64,000 bases of DNA from contig CM059427.1 in the NCBI GenBank assembly GCA_030390025.1, positions 134,974,001-135,038,000 of the forward strand, given 5' to 3'. Below the pieces are notes generated by a model. The model searched no databases and was not told the DNA's origin. It saw only the letters and a list, made by a program, of their open reading frames with translations. The DNA is from Squalus acanthias. Taxonomy: Eukaryota. Both the position numbers and the translations under genes were made by a program. This document shows, in pieces, positions 24,540-38,561 of this stretch; within the stretch, counting starts at the first letter, position 1; the number at the start of each line of letters is the position of its first letter.

Positions 24540-25550
24540 ACCATTTACTTGTTTGAACCTGTGTCCTTGTGTCCTATTTTTGCAATTTAATTTTATAGAA
24601 TATTCCAGAATTGCCTCTTCTTTAACGTTTACTATAATATATCTCTAAGATTACCTCTCAGCTTTCTTCTTTCAAGGCTGAAAAAATCCAAGTTTCCTTG
24701 TTTTACCTCATAACTCAGACACCTGACAATAGAGGAAAGCTTTTCCAAGTCCTTGCCTGTAGCGAGATAACTGACGCACTGCAAGGAACCATCAGAAAAT
24801 TGTGGCTCAACTACCTGTAATTTTATAGCCAGTGATTTCAATGGTTTAAAAATTAAAGTCAGTAGGCCCGTGATTTTCCATGTGAGCTATCTCACCGTGG
24901 GCAAGGACTAGAAAATTTTAGCCTGAGGGATCAGCCTTGTTGCTTTTCTCTGCATGGCCTCAGATGCTTGAATCTTTCCCTTACAACTCAGTAACAGAAT
25001 TGGACACAGTACTCAAGGTGTGGTCACACTGGTGCACTTTAAGCATGACTTCCTCTCACTTATACCCTCCTATTTTGGCTATATAGTTTAGCTTTTTATT
25101 TACTTTGTTGATTACTGCTTGAGTTATGTTGGAATGGGAGGAAGTGCTGAGTGGAGTGCCCCAGGGATTGGTATTGAGATTGTGATTGTTTCCAATTTAC
25201 ATTAATGACTTGGATTCAGAAACTCAATGCAAAGTGGTCAAAATTGGCAGAGGATGTCAAACTAGGAGGAGCAGTTCAATCTAAGAATGCAGCTCTGGAA
25301 CTACAAAATGAGTTGGACAAAATAATGGCAGATAAAATTTAATATAGATAAGTGTAAATTACTGCACATAGGAAGAAAAAAAGCGAGATATGTAGTCTGT
25401 AAATGGTGTCCAGAAAACTGAGTGAAATCAAAAGTGTGTTATAGACTCGGATATAGAGCTTTTGCTTCTTTCCGCTAGTTTTGCACCCAAATCCCAGCGC
25501 AATCGGCCAAACAAGCGCAAAAGATCGGGGAATTTTAAATGTAAACATTA

Positions 25551-26263
25551 GGGACTAGAAATTGGCCTACTTAGCGCCTCCTGTTATCACCTCTAGAGGG
25601 CGATAACGGGGCGCTAACAACTTACTGCCCGGGCGCGGCGAGATGAATGACTCCTGCTAACTTAGCCGGGAGGTTTGCAGCGGCGGTAACACTCTGCGCC
25701 ATGATCTCCTGCGCCCGGAGATCGTGACATCATTGCCGTATGCATCGCCCCGGACCCGAACTTCGGTTCCGCCCCCTGCAGCATCACCGGGCGAAAACAC
25801 CGACAGCTCAGGAGGCATTGTTAGGGAGGCCGGGCGCTTTGGGGGTGGAAGATAAAGGAAATGGAAGGTTGCCGAGGTAAGTAGCAAAATTTCTAAAATA
25901 GCTTTTTTCAATTTTTTTTAATTCTCCTGGGCCGCGATCGATCAGCCCGACACTCTCCTGGAGGGCATGGGGCTGATCGGGCCAGATCGCGGCTGCCGTC
26001 GAGGACCAGCTAACTGGTCCCAATGCAGAGCCTGCAGCGCTGGCCCTTCCCTTTAAGGGAGGGAAGGAGCCTCTGATCGCGGCAGTGCTGCATGGGACAT
26101 TGTGCAGCGCTGCACCTCTACCGTCCTGCCTGCGTCCTTTAGCGCTCCAGGAAGGAAGTGGAGTACTTGATTTAGTGCTCCACTTCCCTCCTGGAGCGCC
26201 AACACCGAATTTACTTTCAAAAGTTACCGCCCCCAAACGGGGCAAGACCAAATTTCTAGCCCC
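25551..26263. mobile_element. GC-rich Harbinger-type MITE
   Basis: TIRs GGGACTAGAAATTGG / CCAAATTTCTAGCCCC and repeated TAGCGCC/GGCGCTA motifs; TSD not resolved. Confidence 0.8.
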
Positions 26264-26570
26264 TAGGTTTTTCGGCGATCTTTTACACTGGTTTAAGATT
26301 CAATTCGCCTGGATCAGGCCCTGCCCACAAAACTGGCCACGCACACAGGTTGACATTACGAGTTTCTGTTGATTGTACTGTTTCAGGAAGGCTTTTCAAA
26401 TTGCACTCATTTTCTTAGGCGTACAGGCACTAGTAGGCATGTTTTAAAAGTTTTAACACATCAAGAACTATTTAATTTATTAAGAAACTGATTAAGGTAC
26501 AGCAATGAAAGTAATAAATGGTTCAGTATAGTTTTTTTTAAGTCATTTTCAGTGATTTAAAATCAGGTTA

Positions 26571-27017
26571 GGGCCGGAATTATAACTTGGAGGCGGATAG
26601 GGAGCGAGGGGGGTTGGAATGCGGTCGGGAAACCTGGGAGAACGGGTTTCCCTCAGGCCCTGCCGAATTTAATGGCAGGGCCTAAGGGAAAGGCTGGAGA
26701 TTGGAGGGGGCTGGAGATCGGGGGGATGGGTAGCAAGGCCTGGGATCGGAGGGGGCCGGAGATCGGGGGTGGGGGGCGGTTTAGGAAGGTCGGGGATAGG
26801 AGGGGGTTGGAGATCGGGGGGTAGGAAGGCTGGGGATTGGAGGCTCATTATTATAATGCAGCCTCATTATAATATTTAAAGTGCCAACCCGCTTCCTGGG
26901 AGTGGGCTGGCCGCCTGCCCCCGTTAAAACCGGAAGTGGGTGGGTTTCGGATATTTAACACTTTAACCTCTCATCCAACCCCAACCCATCTGTTTTTTGA
27001 GGTTAAAATTCCCCCCC
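26571..27017. mobile_element. Harbinger-type MITE with an internal G-rich minisatellite (GGAGATCGGGGG units, ~26690-26845)
   Basis: Ends GGGCCGGAATTATAAC / GTTAAAATTCCCCCC; several degenerate tandem units. Confidence 0.7.
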
Positions 27018-29349
27018 ACAGGTGGAGGACTGGACAATTTTATTAAAAATATTTATTTTTTGTGATAAACCCAAATTCAGCTGTGTTAATAAAACTGCAT
27101 CAGATTACCACTCTGAAATACATCAATGAGTATTTTTTTAGTGAAAATAAAATAAATGATGACGTTTCTATTATGCTGTCCAATTGCGCTGGTTCATGGA
27201 AGAGTTTACGTTTGTGATTATGCAAATGCATTTTGCGGAAACTTGAACTGTAACCTAAGCAGTGCAATTTCGGGTGCATTTTGGGTGCAATTTCCCGATT
27301 GCGGCCAAAGCGGAAACTCTACTGCAGCAAGTTTAAAATGTCCAGCTAACAAGTACCTGCTGTTTTCTACCCTTCAACCAATTTCTTATACATTCCCAAG
27401 AATTAGTCTGCATTACCATATCTCTAAATTTAACTTGTAGCCTTTGTGCAGAACTTTGTCAAAAGCTTTTTGGGAGTCTTGGTGCATCACATCATAAGCT
27501 TTCCACAGTCCACTTGGTCCTGTGTGATCTTCCCATTCTGAATTCATGTTGACCGATACTTACTGTTTTTTTTTATTCGTTTATGGGATCAGGGTGTCAC
27601 TGGCAATGCCAGCATTTATTGCCCATCCCTAGTTGCCCTTGAGAAGGTGGTGGTGAGCCGCCTTCTTGAACCGCTGCAGTCCGTGTGGTGATGGTACTCC
27701 CACAGTGCTGTTACTATTATAATCTTCAAGTTTACTCTTATTAATCAATTCCATTCATTTGCACTGTATTAAAGTAAGTCTAATGGGCCTGTACTTACCT
27801 GCAGCTGCTTTGTCAACATTTTTGAAAATGGTCACCCTGTTAGCCTGTTTTCACTCTACTAATATCACTGTCAATGCCTCACACAGTGTCTCATTTAGTG
27901 CTCTGGGATAAATAGTATGGCATAGATTCCCTCAGCACATCATCCAGCTCATTTATTTATTAGACCCCCCATTGCTTTCAGGCAGCCAGCCTGGACAACT
28001 AAAAGTTGCCCGAGTCAATATGGCATCCAGCACCTTTCCAGGGTAGTTCAGGTGCGGCAGATCACGACACAGACTCTGGCGTAGATTCGATGGGCCAAAT
28101 GGCCTCCTTCTGTGCTGTACTATTCTATGATTCTATGACACAAAATTCAGAACCCTAATACTGATTTTACACCAGAAAAACGGGCAGCCATGAGTTGAAT
28201 TTCTCTTCCACTGGGTCATGTAGTAGTCATACATTCTGTCACTATATCTTACCATTGATCTTAGGAGTCAAAATGCATCGACCTTGCGAACAAGAACTGA
28301 ACTTGTGATGTGTTCACAAGTTATTCAAAATTCACAATGAAAGGAGCAGGAACAGAGAGGGAGTGACTTCTTGCTGATTTTCTCTTCTTCCTCTTGCCCC
28401 TTTCCTTGCAGCACAGGCAAGAGTAAGAACTCACCATCTGCTAAATCCCAAACATAAACTTGTAAGCTACCATTCCAGAATTTTTTCAACATCAGCGTTT
28501 TTTCCCCCTATTTTTATTTATTCTGCTTTTGTTTATTTTTCTGTCTATGTTTCTCATTTCATTCAATATTTGACTGCCTCTTTCACACATTAGTCACTTA
28601 TGACCACTTTAGGTAAAATAATTTTATGTATTAGCCATTGGTAGGTTTAATATGCAGGTAATCAGTATTGATGACAGGTTATGTATTAGAATCGAACAAA
28701 TCGATGCATAGGTAATACTTGAATTAATTTCACCAATATGGTAAAATATGGTAAAAATAAGTTACTTACAGATTAAATTATATCAATGGTAAGAAAGAAC
28801 TTGCATTTATATAGTGCATTTTGGCCTTTCCTACAATCTGCCTGCTGAAACCTGATTGAGCTCATTATAATGAGGGCCAGTGGCACTGCATCTCATGTAA
28901 GTAATGCATGATGGCCTACGGCCACAGTCAGCTGGCTAGGAAGCTGACAACTGCATTGAACTTTTATTGCACATTTCAGGCAGCCATGAGGGACCACTAT
29001 AGTATCAGCCAGGGTGCAGTATGGGCATGACTTTGTCAGGTGGCTAACACACTTCACTGGAGAGAGAGAGAGCGAGAATTCATCATCATAATCATCAGCA
29101 TTATCTTCCTCCTCCTCCTGTGCAACTGGGCACAGGGATCAATCCTTGCACTAGATCGGCTAGGCTCAAGGCCCACCCAATATTGCGTCTCGGGCCTCAT
29201 TAACATCAGACTGGCGAGCTGCGGGCACCTGCTGGGCATCACCAGGAAGGTGGGGGCCTGCAGCGGTCCCTGGTTAGGCCACATGTAGACCTGGTTTTCC
29301 TGAACATAGCTGGACCGACGCCGGCTGCATTTGATAAAGAAGCAATCAA

Positions 29350-29876
29350 ACAGATGTGTTCAATTCTGGGCACCACACTTTAGGAAGGCTTTGGAGAGGG
29401 TGCAGAAGAGATTTACTAGAATGGTTCCAGGGATGAAGGATTACAGTTACGTGGATAGATTAGAGAAACTGAGGTTATTCTCCTTAGAGCAGAGAAGGCA
29501 AAGAGGAGATTTGATAGAGGTGTTTAAAATCATGAAGGGTTTAGATAGAGTAAATAAGGAGAAACTGTTTCCAATGACTGAAGGGTGGCTAACGAAAGGG
29601 CACAAATTTAAGGTGATTGGCAAAAGAACCAAAGGCGACATGAGGATAAACCTTTTTTACAGGCCGAGTGGTTAGGAGTTGGAATGCACGGTCTGATAGG
29701 GTGGTGGATACAGATTCAATAGTAGCCTTCAAAAAGGAATTGGATAAATACTTGAAGGAGAACAAATTGCAGGGATATGGGGAAAGAGTGGGGGAGTGGG
29801 ACTAACTGGAATGCTCTTCGAAAGACTCGATGGGCCGAATGGCTCCTTCTGTGCTGTACTATTCTATGATTCTATG
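29350..29876 (+). mobile_element. CR1 3' fragment
   Basis: CVQFWAPHFRK, LFSLEQRR, EKLFP; ATTCTATG tail. Confidence 0.92.
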
Positions 29877-30419
29877 TTAGGTCCCTTATTTGCAGGCACA
29901 GGCCCGGGATGCCTCTATAAATGCCTATACCAATATGGCAGGTGGCACATTTCTGGCTTAGAATGTGCCCACGCATGCCGCATACCATATTCGATGCTTT
30001 AGCACCCATTTTATGCCTGTCATCGAATTTCTCGGCCAGTATATGCAAACCTATGATTCTCTAGGCAGACTGTGATAGAGTTGTGTCACATACTGCAAGG
30101 TAACTTCCAGCCAATCTCCAAGGAAGGCATGCCACTGTTGTTGAGTGCGCACATGTAGCCTTACGTGAGCCTCCTTTACAATCTCTGCCATGGGAGGAGG
30201 TGCTGCATTTATTTCTCACAAAGACTACAAAAAGCTCCATCAATGTGAAGGTCATCTGTGCCCATATGTAGGTGAGTGCCTGCTTTCCTGGCAACAGTTT
30301 TGATATCTGTACTTTAAAGCAGTTCACTATGCCCCTACTATTGACACAGAAAAAGAAATGCAACATTGGTTCCTATGCTACCCTCTGCAGCCCTGGCTCA
30401 TGACACTTCTACAGCTGCA

Positions 30420-31870
30420 ATGTACAGCTGCCAAGCACACATATATGGAGCAATCATGTATGTGAGCCATTATCAAATGCACCATAGGAATGGTGAAACA
30501 AAGATTCAGTTGCCTAGACAGGTTAGGGGCATTTTACAATGCCACCTCCCAAAGTCTCAAAATCATCACCGTTTGCCGCATGCTTCACAACTTTACAGTA
30601 GAATGAGAAATCAACATGGATTATTCAAAGAAAGATGACAATGAACATTAACAAGTTAATGTACAGGAGGCAGAGGATGCATCTGTTGAAACACCTTTGC
30701 CACCTGCTAGATCCATTTATCAGGCTCTCATTGTCCCAACCACCCCTTGCATGAATAATCCTCCCTACATCTTTACCATGCCTGTAACATGTGCAACTTT
30801 ACCTACATTGTTTTCACCTCCAACTGAAATTCTTGTCACCATTTCAATAGCCTGGCCTGCCTGCTTTATCACGCATGAACAATCATCGGAGGGGGTTGGC
30901 AGAAGAGTTCGGATTTGTTGTTATCCTGAGAGACAGTAATCTATACCCATTCTCTACCTGCCCCTGCTACTGGGAAGTATCTCACCATTACTACTGCCCA
31001 GCATGACATCAGAGACCAATGACAGCAATGAGATTGTTAAAACTTCTATCCAAGGCTCTCCATGTGATAGCCAAGTCCTTTCCAAAGCGGAGGGTTTCCT
31101 GTTGCACATTGCAGCCCAAGGTCTCTGTGGCAACAGGTTGAACATTCAGGAACGATGCAATGATTAGTCTTTGGATCTCTGCTATGGGAGGATCTGCTGC
31201 AGATGTCCCTGGATTTGCCATATGCTCCATGGCGGACTGCAGTGTTTCAATTTTGTGCACTAAAACAAAACATTTGTAGGTTGTGGACTCCTGCACATCA
31301 GCCATCACCTGTTGAAAGTGGTTTGGTGCAGTCTCCAATAACTGCACCAAACTTTGATCCTCAGAAAGCAGCCTTCTTCTAAATGTAGGTTGCTAAGGTC
31401 CATACCCTTGCCCTGAGGATGGATGAAGGACAGCGGGTTCCTGCTTCTCTTCTGCTACCACCTTCTGCTCACTCATGCTCTGTGTATCACCCAACTTACT
31501 CTCCTTAACTTGACTGTCAAAATCCTCAGGGTGGATACATTATCTGAAGTTTTGCAAGTGAGGGATAAAGAATGCTGTGATCTGCTGGCTTCTTTCACAA
31601 TGTTGGACCCTGATTCAGTTTCATGTGACACACCTAGAGAAAGAGAATAGGAAGAATTGTTCACATATGATCTTGATGACAACTTGAGATGTCACTTTCT
31701 ACTGAATTACTGACATCAAAGTGTACTTCAGCGTATGGCTTGGTTCCACTGAGTGAGGGAAAATAAGAGCAGAAGAAGTTTGGTGCAAAGCTTGAGTTAA
31801 GGCCAGAGCTCCTGATTTTTCTCTCCCACGGATCTCTCGGGCTACATCCTCAGAGTCTTCTCCTGTAAAC
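30420..31870. mobile_element. Highly decayed Harbinger: transposase C-terminus (+) convergent with a probable Myb-gene C-terminus (-)
   Basis: IGMVKQRFSCLDR and VCRMLHNF readable at ~30485-30595; same layout as 6200-7200. Confidence 0.55.
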
Positions 31871-32758
31871 AGAGAACACAGAGAGATACACCTATCAGCA
31901 GGTAGCCCATAGTGCTAATACAGGTACAGTAGGTTGAAGGATTTGACAGTGATCAACGACTGAAAATGTAAGGGAAGCAACACCTAATTTGAAGGGAAGT
32001 GTACCATGCTGTATAATGGGTGTCCATGGAAAGCACTCAAAATACTCTACGACTTTGTACATGGGAAGTAACAACATACCATTCAGATTTAATACTTATT
32101 AATATAAAGTAATGGGATATTAATATAGAGTTATCGTGGCATCTCTTACTTAGTACAACTTGTGAGATCATTAAATATTTTGCAGCACTGCAGCCAGGTT
32201 TGCTGAATAGTGCAGTTGACAGTAATACATGTTGCCACCTCTTGCTAGGCATCCTGAGCCACTTGTCTTACCATCTGCCAACAATTTGCAGGAAAGTGGT
32301 TCTCCCTCCTCTGGTACACTTGCTGCAATAATATTTCCAGTGAACTTAGCCTATAAGTCATCAAAAATTTCACTCACAAAGCCTTTCAAATGCTTCTACG
32401 GCACTATCAGTTAGAAATTGTGGGACCCTTCTGAAATATATGTTCAATTTACACAACGCCAGTACTTATCCCACACAATTCATGCCGTGGAACTCGTTTT
32501 CATACACCCTGGGCTGGAAGCAATGGTTTTAGCACTACATTGTAATTAAACACATTTGCGTAGGAAATTTTGAACAATAAAGAAAAAGACTTGACTATTG
32601 TATTTCAACAAAAGAAATAACAATTGAATCCTCTGGGTACTTGGCTTCGTTTGTATTTACAATGCACAAATACTTAGCCCTGCCCAAGATGGGAAGTAGT
32701 AATGCTAAATATAGTAAAGAGCAATGGAACAAAACAACCCAGCGCAGTCTTTAACATG

Positions 32759-33819
32759 ATAGCAAAATACTGCGGATGCTGGAAAATTGAAACAACAACA
32801 GAAAACGCTGGAAAAACTCAGCAGGCCAGGCAACATCCGTGGAGAGAGAAACAGAGTTAACATTTCAGGTCGAAACCCTTCGTCAGAACTGAGAAAAAAG
32901 CAGGATATGAAACAGACAAAAATACTGGGGGGAGGAATAAAAGAACAAAAGGGGTAGTCTATGGTAAGTAGAGACATTAAGAGATGCTCAAGGCAAGACG
33001 AGATGGTAATAGGACAGGTTAAGAAACAAAAGGTGGCTCAGAAGTGTGAAGTGTGAAATGCTGGCAGAAAGAGAGACAGCTGCTGTGGGGGGAGAGAGAG
33101 AAAAAAGGGAAAAGACACAAACCAAAAGGGTGGATAAAATGGTATATATATATACAATATATATATATATCGGGGAGACCAAACGCAGATTGGGTGACCG
33201 CTTTGCGGAACACCTCCGTTCAGTCCGTAAGGGGGACCCCGAGCTTCCGGTCGCTTGTCATTTTAATTCAGTGCTCCACGCCCAGTCAGCCCTCACCGTC
33301 CTCGGCCTCTTGCATTGTTCCACGGAAGCTCAGCGTAAGCTCGAGGAACAGCATCTCATCTTCCGATTAGGCACTTTATAGCCTTCCGGACTCAATATCG
33401 AGTTCAACAATTTCAGATCATAACCTCGGCCCCTACCACACACATATTATATACATTTTATCCACCCATTTGGTTTGTGCCTTTTCCCTTTTTTTCCCCT
33501 CTCTCTCCCCCCACAGCAGCTGTCTCTCATTCTGCCAGCATTTCACACTTCACACTTCTGAGCCACCTTTTGTTTCTTAACCTGTCCTATTACCATCTCA
33601 TCTTGCCTTGAGCATCTCTTAATGTCTCTACTTACCATAGACCACCCCTTTTGTTCTTTTATTCCTCCCCCCAGCCTCCCCCTTGCTTTTTTATCTGTTT
33701 CATTTCCTGCTTTTTTCTCAGTTCTGATGAAGGGTTTTGACCTGAAACGTTAACTCTGTTTCTCTCTCCACGGATGTTGCCTGGCCTGCTGAGTTTTTCC
33801 AGCGTTTTCTGTTGTTGTT
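32759..33819 (+). mobile_element. Penelope-like element: GIY-YIG C-terminal fragment plus pLTR, preceded by an inverted copy of its 3' end
   Basis: YIGETKRRLGDRFAEHLRSVRKGDPELPVACHFNS...RKLEEQHLIFRLGTL; arms ~32793-33160 and ~33445-33819 are reverse complements; 15-bp TSD GCAGTCTTTAACATG at 32744-32758 and 33820-33834. Confidence 0.95.
33720..33755 (+). ncRNA. Minimal type I hammerhead ribozyme motif; inverted twin at 32855-32890
   Basis: AGUU-CUGAUGA-A-GGGU(UUUG)ACCU-GAAACGUU-AACU: core intact, stem I AGUU/AACU, palindromic AACGUU. The twin has a UUCG loop. Confidence 0.7.
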
Positions 33820-34509
33820 GCAGTCTTTAACATGTTGGCATACATATTCAGAGGTTAGATTTTATTCACATTGCACTACCATCAGGAAGCACTATTAGCA
33901 CAGTGTCTAGCATCAGCATTCTTTGCTAGGAAACCACAGCAAGATCAACTCATGCCCCCCATTAACAATAGTGTAGAATTTTCATACAGTAGGCTGGGGG
34001 AAAATAAATCCTTATTAATGTGGCAGAGTAAGGATTCCTGTGGTGTTTTGTGATAGAGGAGCTGATAATATATTGCCTGTTGTGCTGCTGTACATTAGCT
34101 GCATTTTAGGACACGGGGGTTCAGCACCTCATGCGTAAATAACACTATAACACAGTCCTAAAGTGCCCATGGCACTCACAGGAGGTGTTTCCTCATAAAG
34201 GGGTAGGAGAAATAGCATAAGTTTATTACAAGTCATTTTTAGATATGTTCCAGCAGCATGTTTACATAACCCACAAAGTTTTTTGAAATGTACCAGAATT
34301 GCAACAGCTCTTAATATGCCACTAGATGGAGGATTCTACCACAGAATAAAGGTTGACGCTGCGCATTAAAATAAGCCAAACAGAAAAGTAAACCTGATTA
34401 AAGAAATGATTCTAACATATAACAAACAGGACCAGTGAGCCTGTCTGCCAACCGTCTAAGCCATCACCTTCCCTTCACCCCCCGCAATCCCCCCAGCCAC
34501 GCAATCTCC

Positions 34510-37500
34510 TTATACGCACCCATATCTAGGTGTCATCTGCAAACAAGTGGATCTTTCCCCAGTGCCGTCATCCTGATTGTTAATAAATGTGGTGAAAAGC
34601 AATGATCCTAACACCAATCCTTGCAAGACTCCACTAGTGTCTGACCCCCAAGTGGAGCCACTACCATTAATAACTGTTCTCTGCCTGCTCAAATGCAACC
34701 AATTCTTACTCCAGCCTAATAACTGGCCATCAGTCCCACAAGCTGCAACCTTGCTAAGAAGCTAAGCAGCCTTTAATGTGGTACCTGACTAAAGGCTTTT
34801 TGAAAGTCCAGATACACGGGGGTCGATTTTCGTTTTGGGAGCACAGTAGGTGGAGTTACCCACCCGACAGCACCAGCAACAGGCTGAACCATTTTCATGG
34901 ATGGGCCTCATTACAAAAATATAGGTGAGCTGCCGGCACTGAACAAGCACTGACAGCAACTCATGGATAGGGGGACAGGGGGTGGAGGGGGGAGAGGCGT
35001 GGCGTGGTGGGCCAAAATTTGGCAGACCTGCTGCGGAGCCAAGCCGGAAGGGAGTCATTAAAGGGAGGAGATAATCCTGGGCAGGACTTGGAGGGACTAG
35101 CAGTGTGTGGGAAGATTTTTGTAGAGCCAAGAGAAGCATTCATGCTCCTTCTGGCCCCACAAAAATGAATAGCACAGCTATTTTTTTGGTGGGGGGCGGG
35201 GGTTGTGTGTTCTAAGCAGTCTGCAGGGGTCCCTTTAAGGACATAAGAACATAAGAAATAGGAGCAGGAGTAGGCCATTCGGCCCCTCGAGCCTGCTCCA
35301 CCATTCAATAAGATCATGGCTGATCTGATCTTGGCCTCAACTCCACTTTCCTGCCTGCTCCCCATAACCCTTGATTCCCCTGTTTTTCAAAAGTCTGTCT
35401 ATCTCTGCCTTGAATATATTCAATGACTCAGCCTCCACAGCTCTCTGGGGTAGAGAATTCCAAAGATTCATGACCCTCTGAGAGAAGAAATTCCTCCTCA
35501 TCTCCGTTTTAAATGGGCGACCACTTATTCTGAAACTATGCCCCCTAGTTCTAGATTTCCCCACGAGGGGAAACATCCTCCCTGCATCCACCCTGTCAAG
35601 CCCCCTCAGAATCTTATATGTTTCAATAAGATCATCTCTCATTCTTCTAAACTCCAATGAGTATAGGCCCAACCTGCTCAACCTTTCCTCATAAGACAAC
35701 CCTTTCAACTCAGGAATCAACCTAGTGTACCTTATCTAAACTGCCTCCAATGCAAGAATATCCTTCCTTAAATAAGGAGACCAAAACTATACGCAGTACT
35801 CCAGGTGTGGTCTCACCAACGCCCTGTACAGTTGTAGCAAGACTTCCCTACTTTTATACTCCATCCCCCTTGCAATAAAGGCCAATATTCCATTTGCCTT
35901 CCTAATTACTTGCTGTACCTGCATGCTAACTTTTTGTGTTTCATGTACGAGGACACCTAGATCCCTCTGTACCGCCGCATTCTGTAGTCTCTCCATTTAA
36001 ATAATATTTTGCTTTTTTATTCTTCCTATCAAAGTGGATAACATCACATTTTCCCACATTATACTCCATCTGCCAAATTTTTGCCCACTCACTTAACCTA
36101 TCTATATCCCTTTGCAGACTCTTTATGTACTCCTCACAACTTGCTTTCCCACCTATTTTTGTATCGTCAGAAAATTTTAACAACAGTTCATCCAAGTCAT
36201 TAATATAGATTGTAAATAGTTGAGGCCCCAGCACTGATCCCTGTGGCACCCCACTAGTTACAGTTTGCCAACCTGAAAATTACCCATTTATTCCGACTCT
36301 CTGTTTTCTGTTAGTTAGCCAATCCTCCCTCCAGTCTAATATATTACCCCTAACACCGTGAGCTCTTATCTTGTGCAGTAACCTTTTATGCAGCATCTTA
36401 TCGAATGCCTTCTGGAAATCCAAATACACTACATCTGCTGGTTCCCCTTTATTCACCCTGCTTGTTACATCCTCAAAGAACTCTCGTAAATTTGTCAAAC
36501 ACGATTTCCCTTTCATGAAACCATGTTGACTCTGCTTGATTGTATTATGATTTTCTAAATGTTCTGCTATTATTTCCTTAATAATGGATTCCAGCATTTT
36601 TCCAATGACAGATGTTAGGCTGACTGGCCTATAGTTTCCTGCTTTCTGTCTCCCTCCTTTCTTGAATAGGGGAATTATATTTGAAGTTTTCCAATCTGCT
36701 GGGACCTCTCCAGAATCCAGAGAATGTTGGTAGATTATAACCAATACATCCATTATCTTTGCAGCCACTTCTTTTAAAACCCTAGGATGTAGGCCATCAG
36801 GTCCAGGGGACTTGTCAGCCTTTAGTCCCATTAGTTTGCCTAGTACTTTTTCTCTAGTAATAGTGATTGTTTTAAGTTCCTCTGTCCCTATAGCCCCTTG
36901 ATTATCAATTATTATTGGAATGCTTTTAGTGAAGATGATACAAAATATTTGTTCAAAGTCTCTGCCATTTCCTTGTTTCCCATTATTAATACCCCAGTCT
37001 CATCCTCTAAGGGACCAACATTTACTTTAGCTACTCTCTTCCTTTTTATATACCTGTAGAAGCTCTTACTGTCTGTTTTTATATTTTTAGCTAGTTTACT
37101 TTCATAATCTATCTTCTCCCTCTATTATTTTTTTAGTCATCCTTTGCTGGTTTCTAAAAATGTCCCAATCCTCTGGCCTACCACTAATCTTTGCAACATT
37201 GTATGCCTTTTCCTTCAATTTGATACCATCCTTCACTTCCTTAGTTAGCCACGGATGGTTCATCGTTCTCGTGCAGTTTCTTTCTCACTGGAATAAACCT
37301 TTGCTGAGAGTTATGAAATATCTCCTGAAATGTTTGCCACTGCTTATCTACCATCTTACCCTTTAATCTATTTTCCCAGTCCACTTTAGCCAACCCTGTC
37401 TTCATACCTTTGTAATTGCCTTTATTTAAGTTTAGGACACTAGTTTCAGACACAAGTTTCTCACCCTCAAACTGAATTTGAAATTCAATCATGCTATGAT

Positions 37501-38530
37501 TACTCTTCCCTAGAGGATCCTTTACAATGAGATAATTAATTAATCCTGTCTCATTACACATTATCAGATCTAAAATACCCTGCTCCCTGGTTGGTTCCAC
37601 ACGTATTGTTCTAAGAAACCATCCCGAATATATTCTATGAACTCGTCCTCAAGGCTACCCTTGCCAATTTGATTTGTCCAATCTATATGAAGATTAAAAT
37701 CGCCCATGATTATTGCAATACCTTTCTTACAAGCCCCCATTATTTCTTGATTTATACTCTGTCCTACAGTGTAGCTACTGTTAGGGGGTCTATAGACTAT
37801 TCCCACCAGTGACTTCTTTCCCTTACTATTTCTTATCTCCACCCAAACTGATTCTACATCTTGATCTTCTGAGTCAATATCAATTCTCACCACTGCACTG
37901 ATCTCAGCCTTTATTAACAGAGCTACCTACCGGACCACCAGTTTGGCCATTCAACACACATACACTTCACCTAATGGAAGACCAACATTTCATTGAGGTC
38001 CTACATACAGCGTAAGACCCCAATTTAAATATTTTTATGAGGCTCACGTACTGCCTAGTGCCCCATTTATGCTGAAGAAAAGGACGGTAGGCAGGTGAAA
38101 ATCACCCCCACTCTATCAAATGGGTCGCCTCATCCACCAGTGTTGTGACTTCTTCAAAAAATTCAATCTCATTTTCCAGAATCCATGCCGAAAATCCATA
38201 ATAACACCAGTTCCTGCAAGATATTCATGCAATACATCTCAATTAATCCTCTCTCGCAACTTGCCTATAACTGATGTTAAACAGACTTCTCACTTAATTC
38301 CCTTTTTAAATATAGGCACCATGTGGACCTCTCTTCAGTGCCTGAGAATAATACCAGACTTCAATAAACAATTACATATATGAGCCAGTGACTCATATAA
38401 CACAGCACTGATTTCTTTGCTCATCCTAGAATGAATGTCATTGGAGCCAGCAGCCTGATTTGCTTCAAGGGCTGTAATTCTATCAAGGTCTAGTTCTGCA
38501 TCCATGATTATGTGTTCAATCATCCGCTGC
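34510..38530 (-). mobile_element. Old CR1 RT fragment (34510-34818, resuming at 38110) interrupted by a Harbinger-type MITE (~34819-38109)
   Basis: GVLQGLVLGSLLF on the left; AAGTCCAGATACAC|ACTCTATC rejoin; MITE ends GGGGTCGATTTTC / GAAAATCACCCCC. Confidence 0.7.
35242..37927 (-). mobile_element. CR1 LINE, 2.7 kb, part of the endonuclease plus RT, frameshifted
   Basis: VESVWVEIR..VGIVYRPPNS..IMGDFN (APE), RT motifs, 3' tail TTCTTATG. Confidence 0.96.
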
Positions 38531-38561
38531 AATATAGGTAGCTGAGCAACATCCTCTCTCG

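Noticed and set aside
29040-29330. GC-richer segment with an acidic stretch (EEEEDNADDYDDE on the - strand)
   Set aside because: That frame contains several stops; probably a decayed transposon fragment, but I cannot assign a family.
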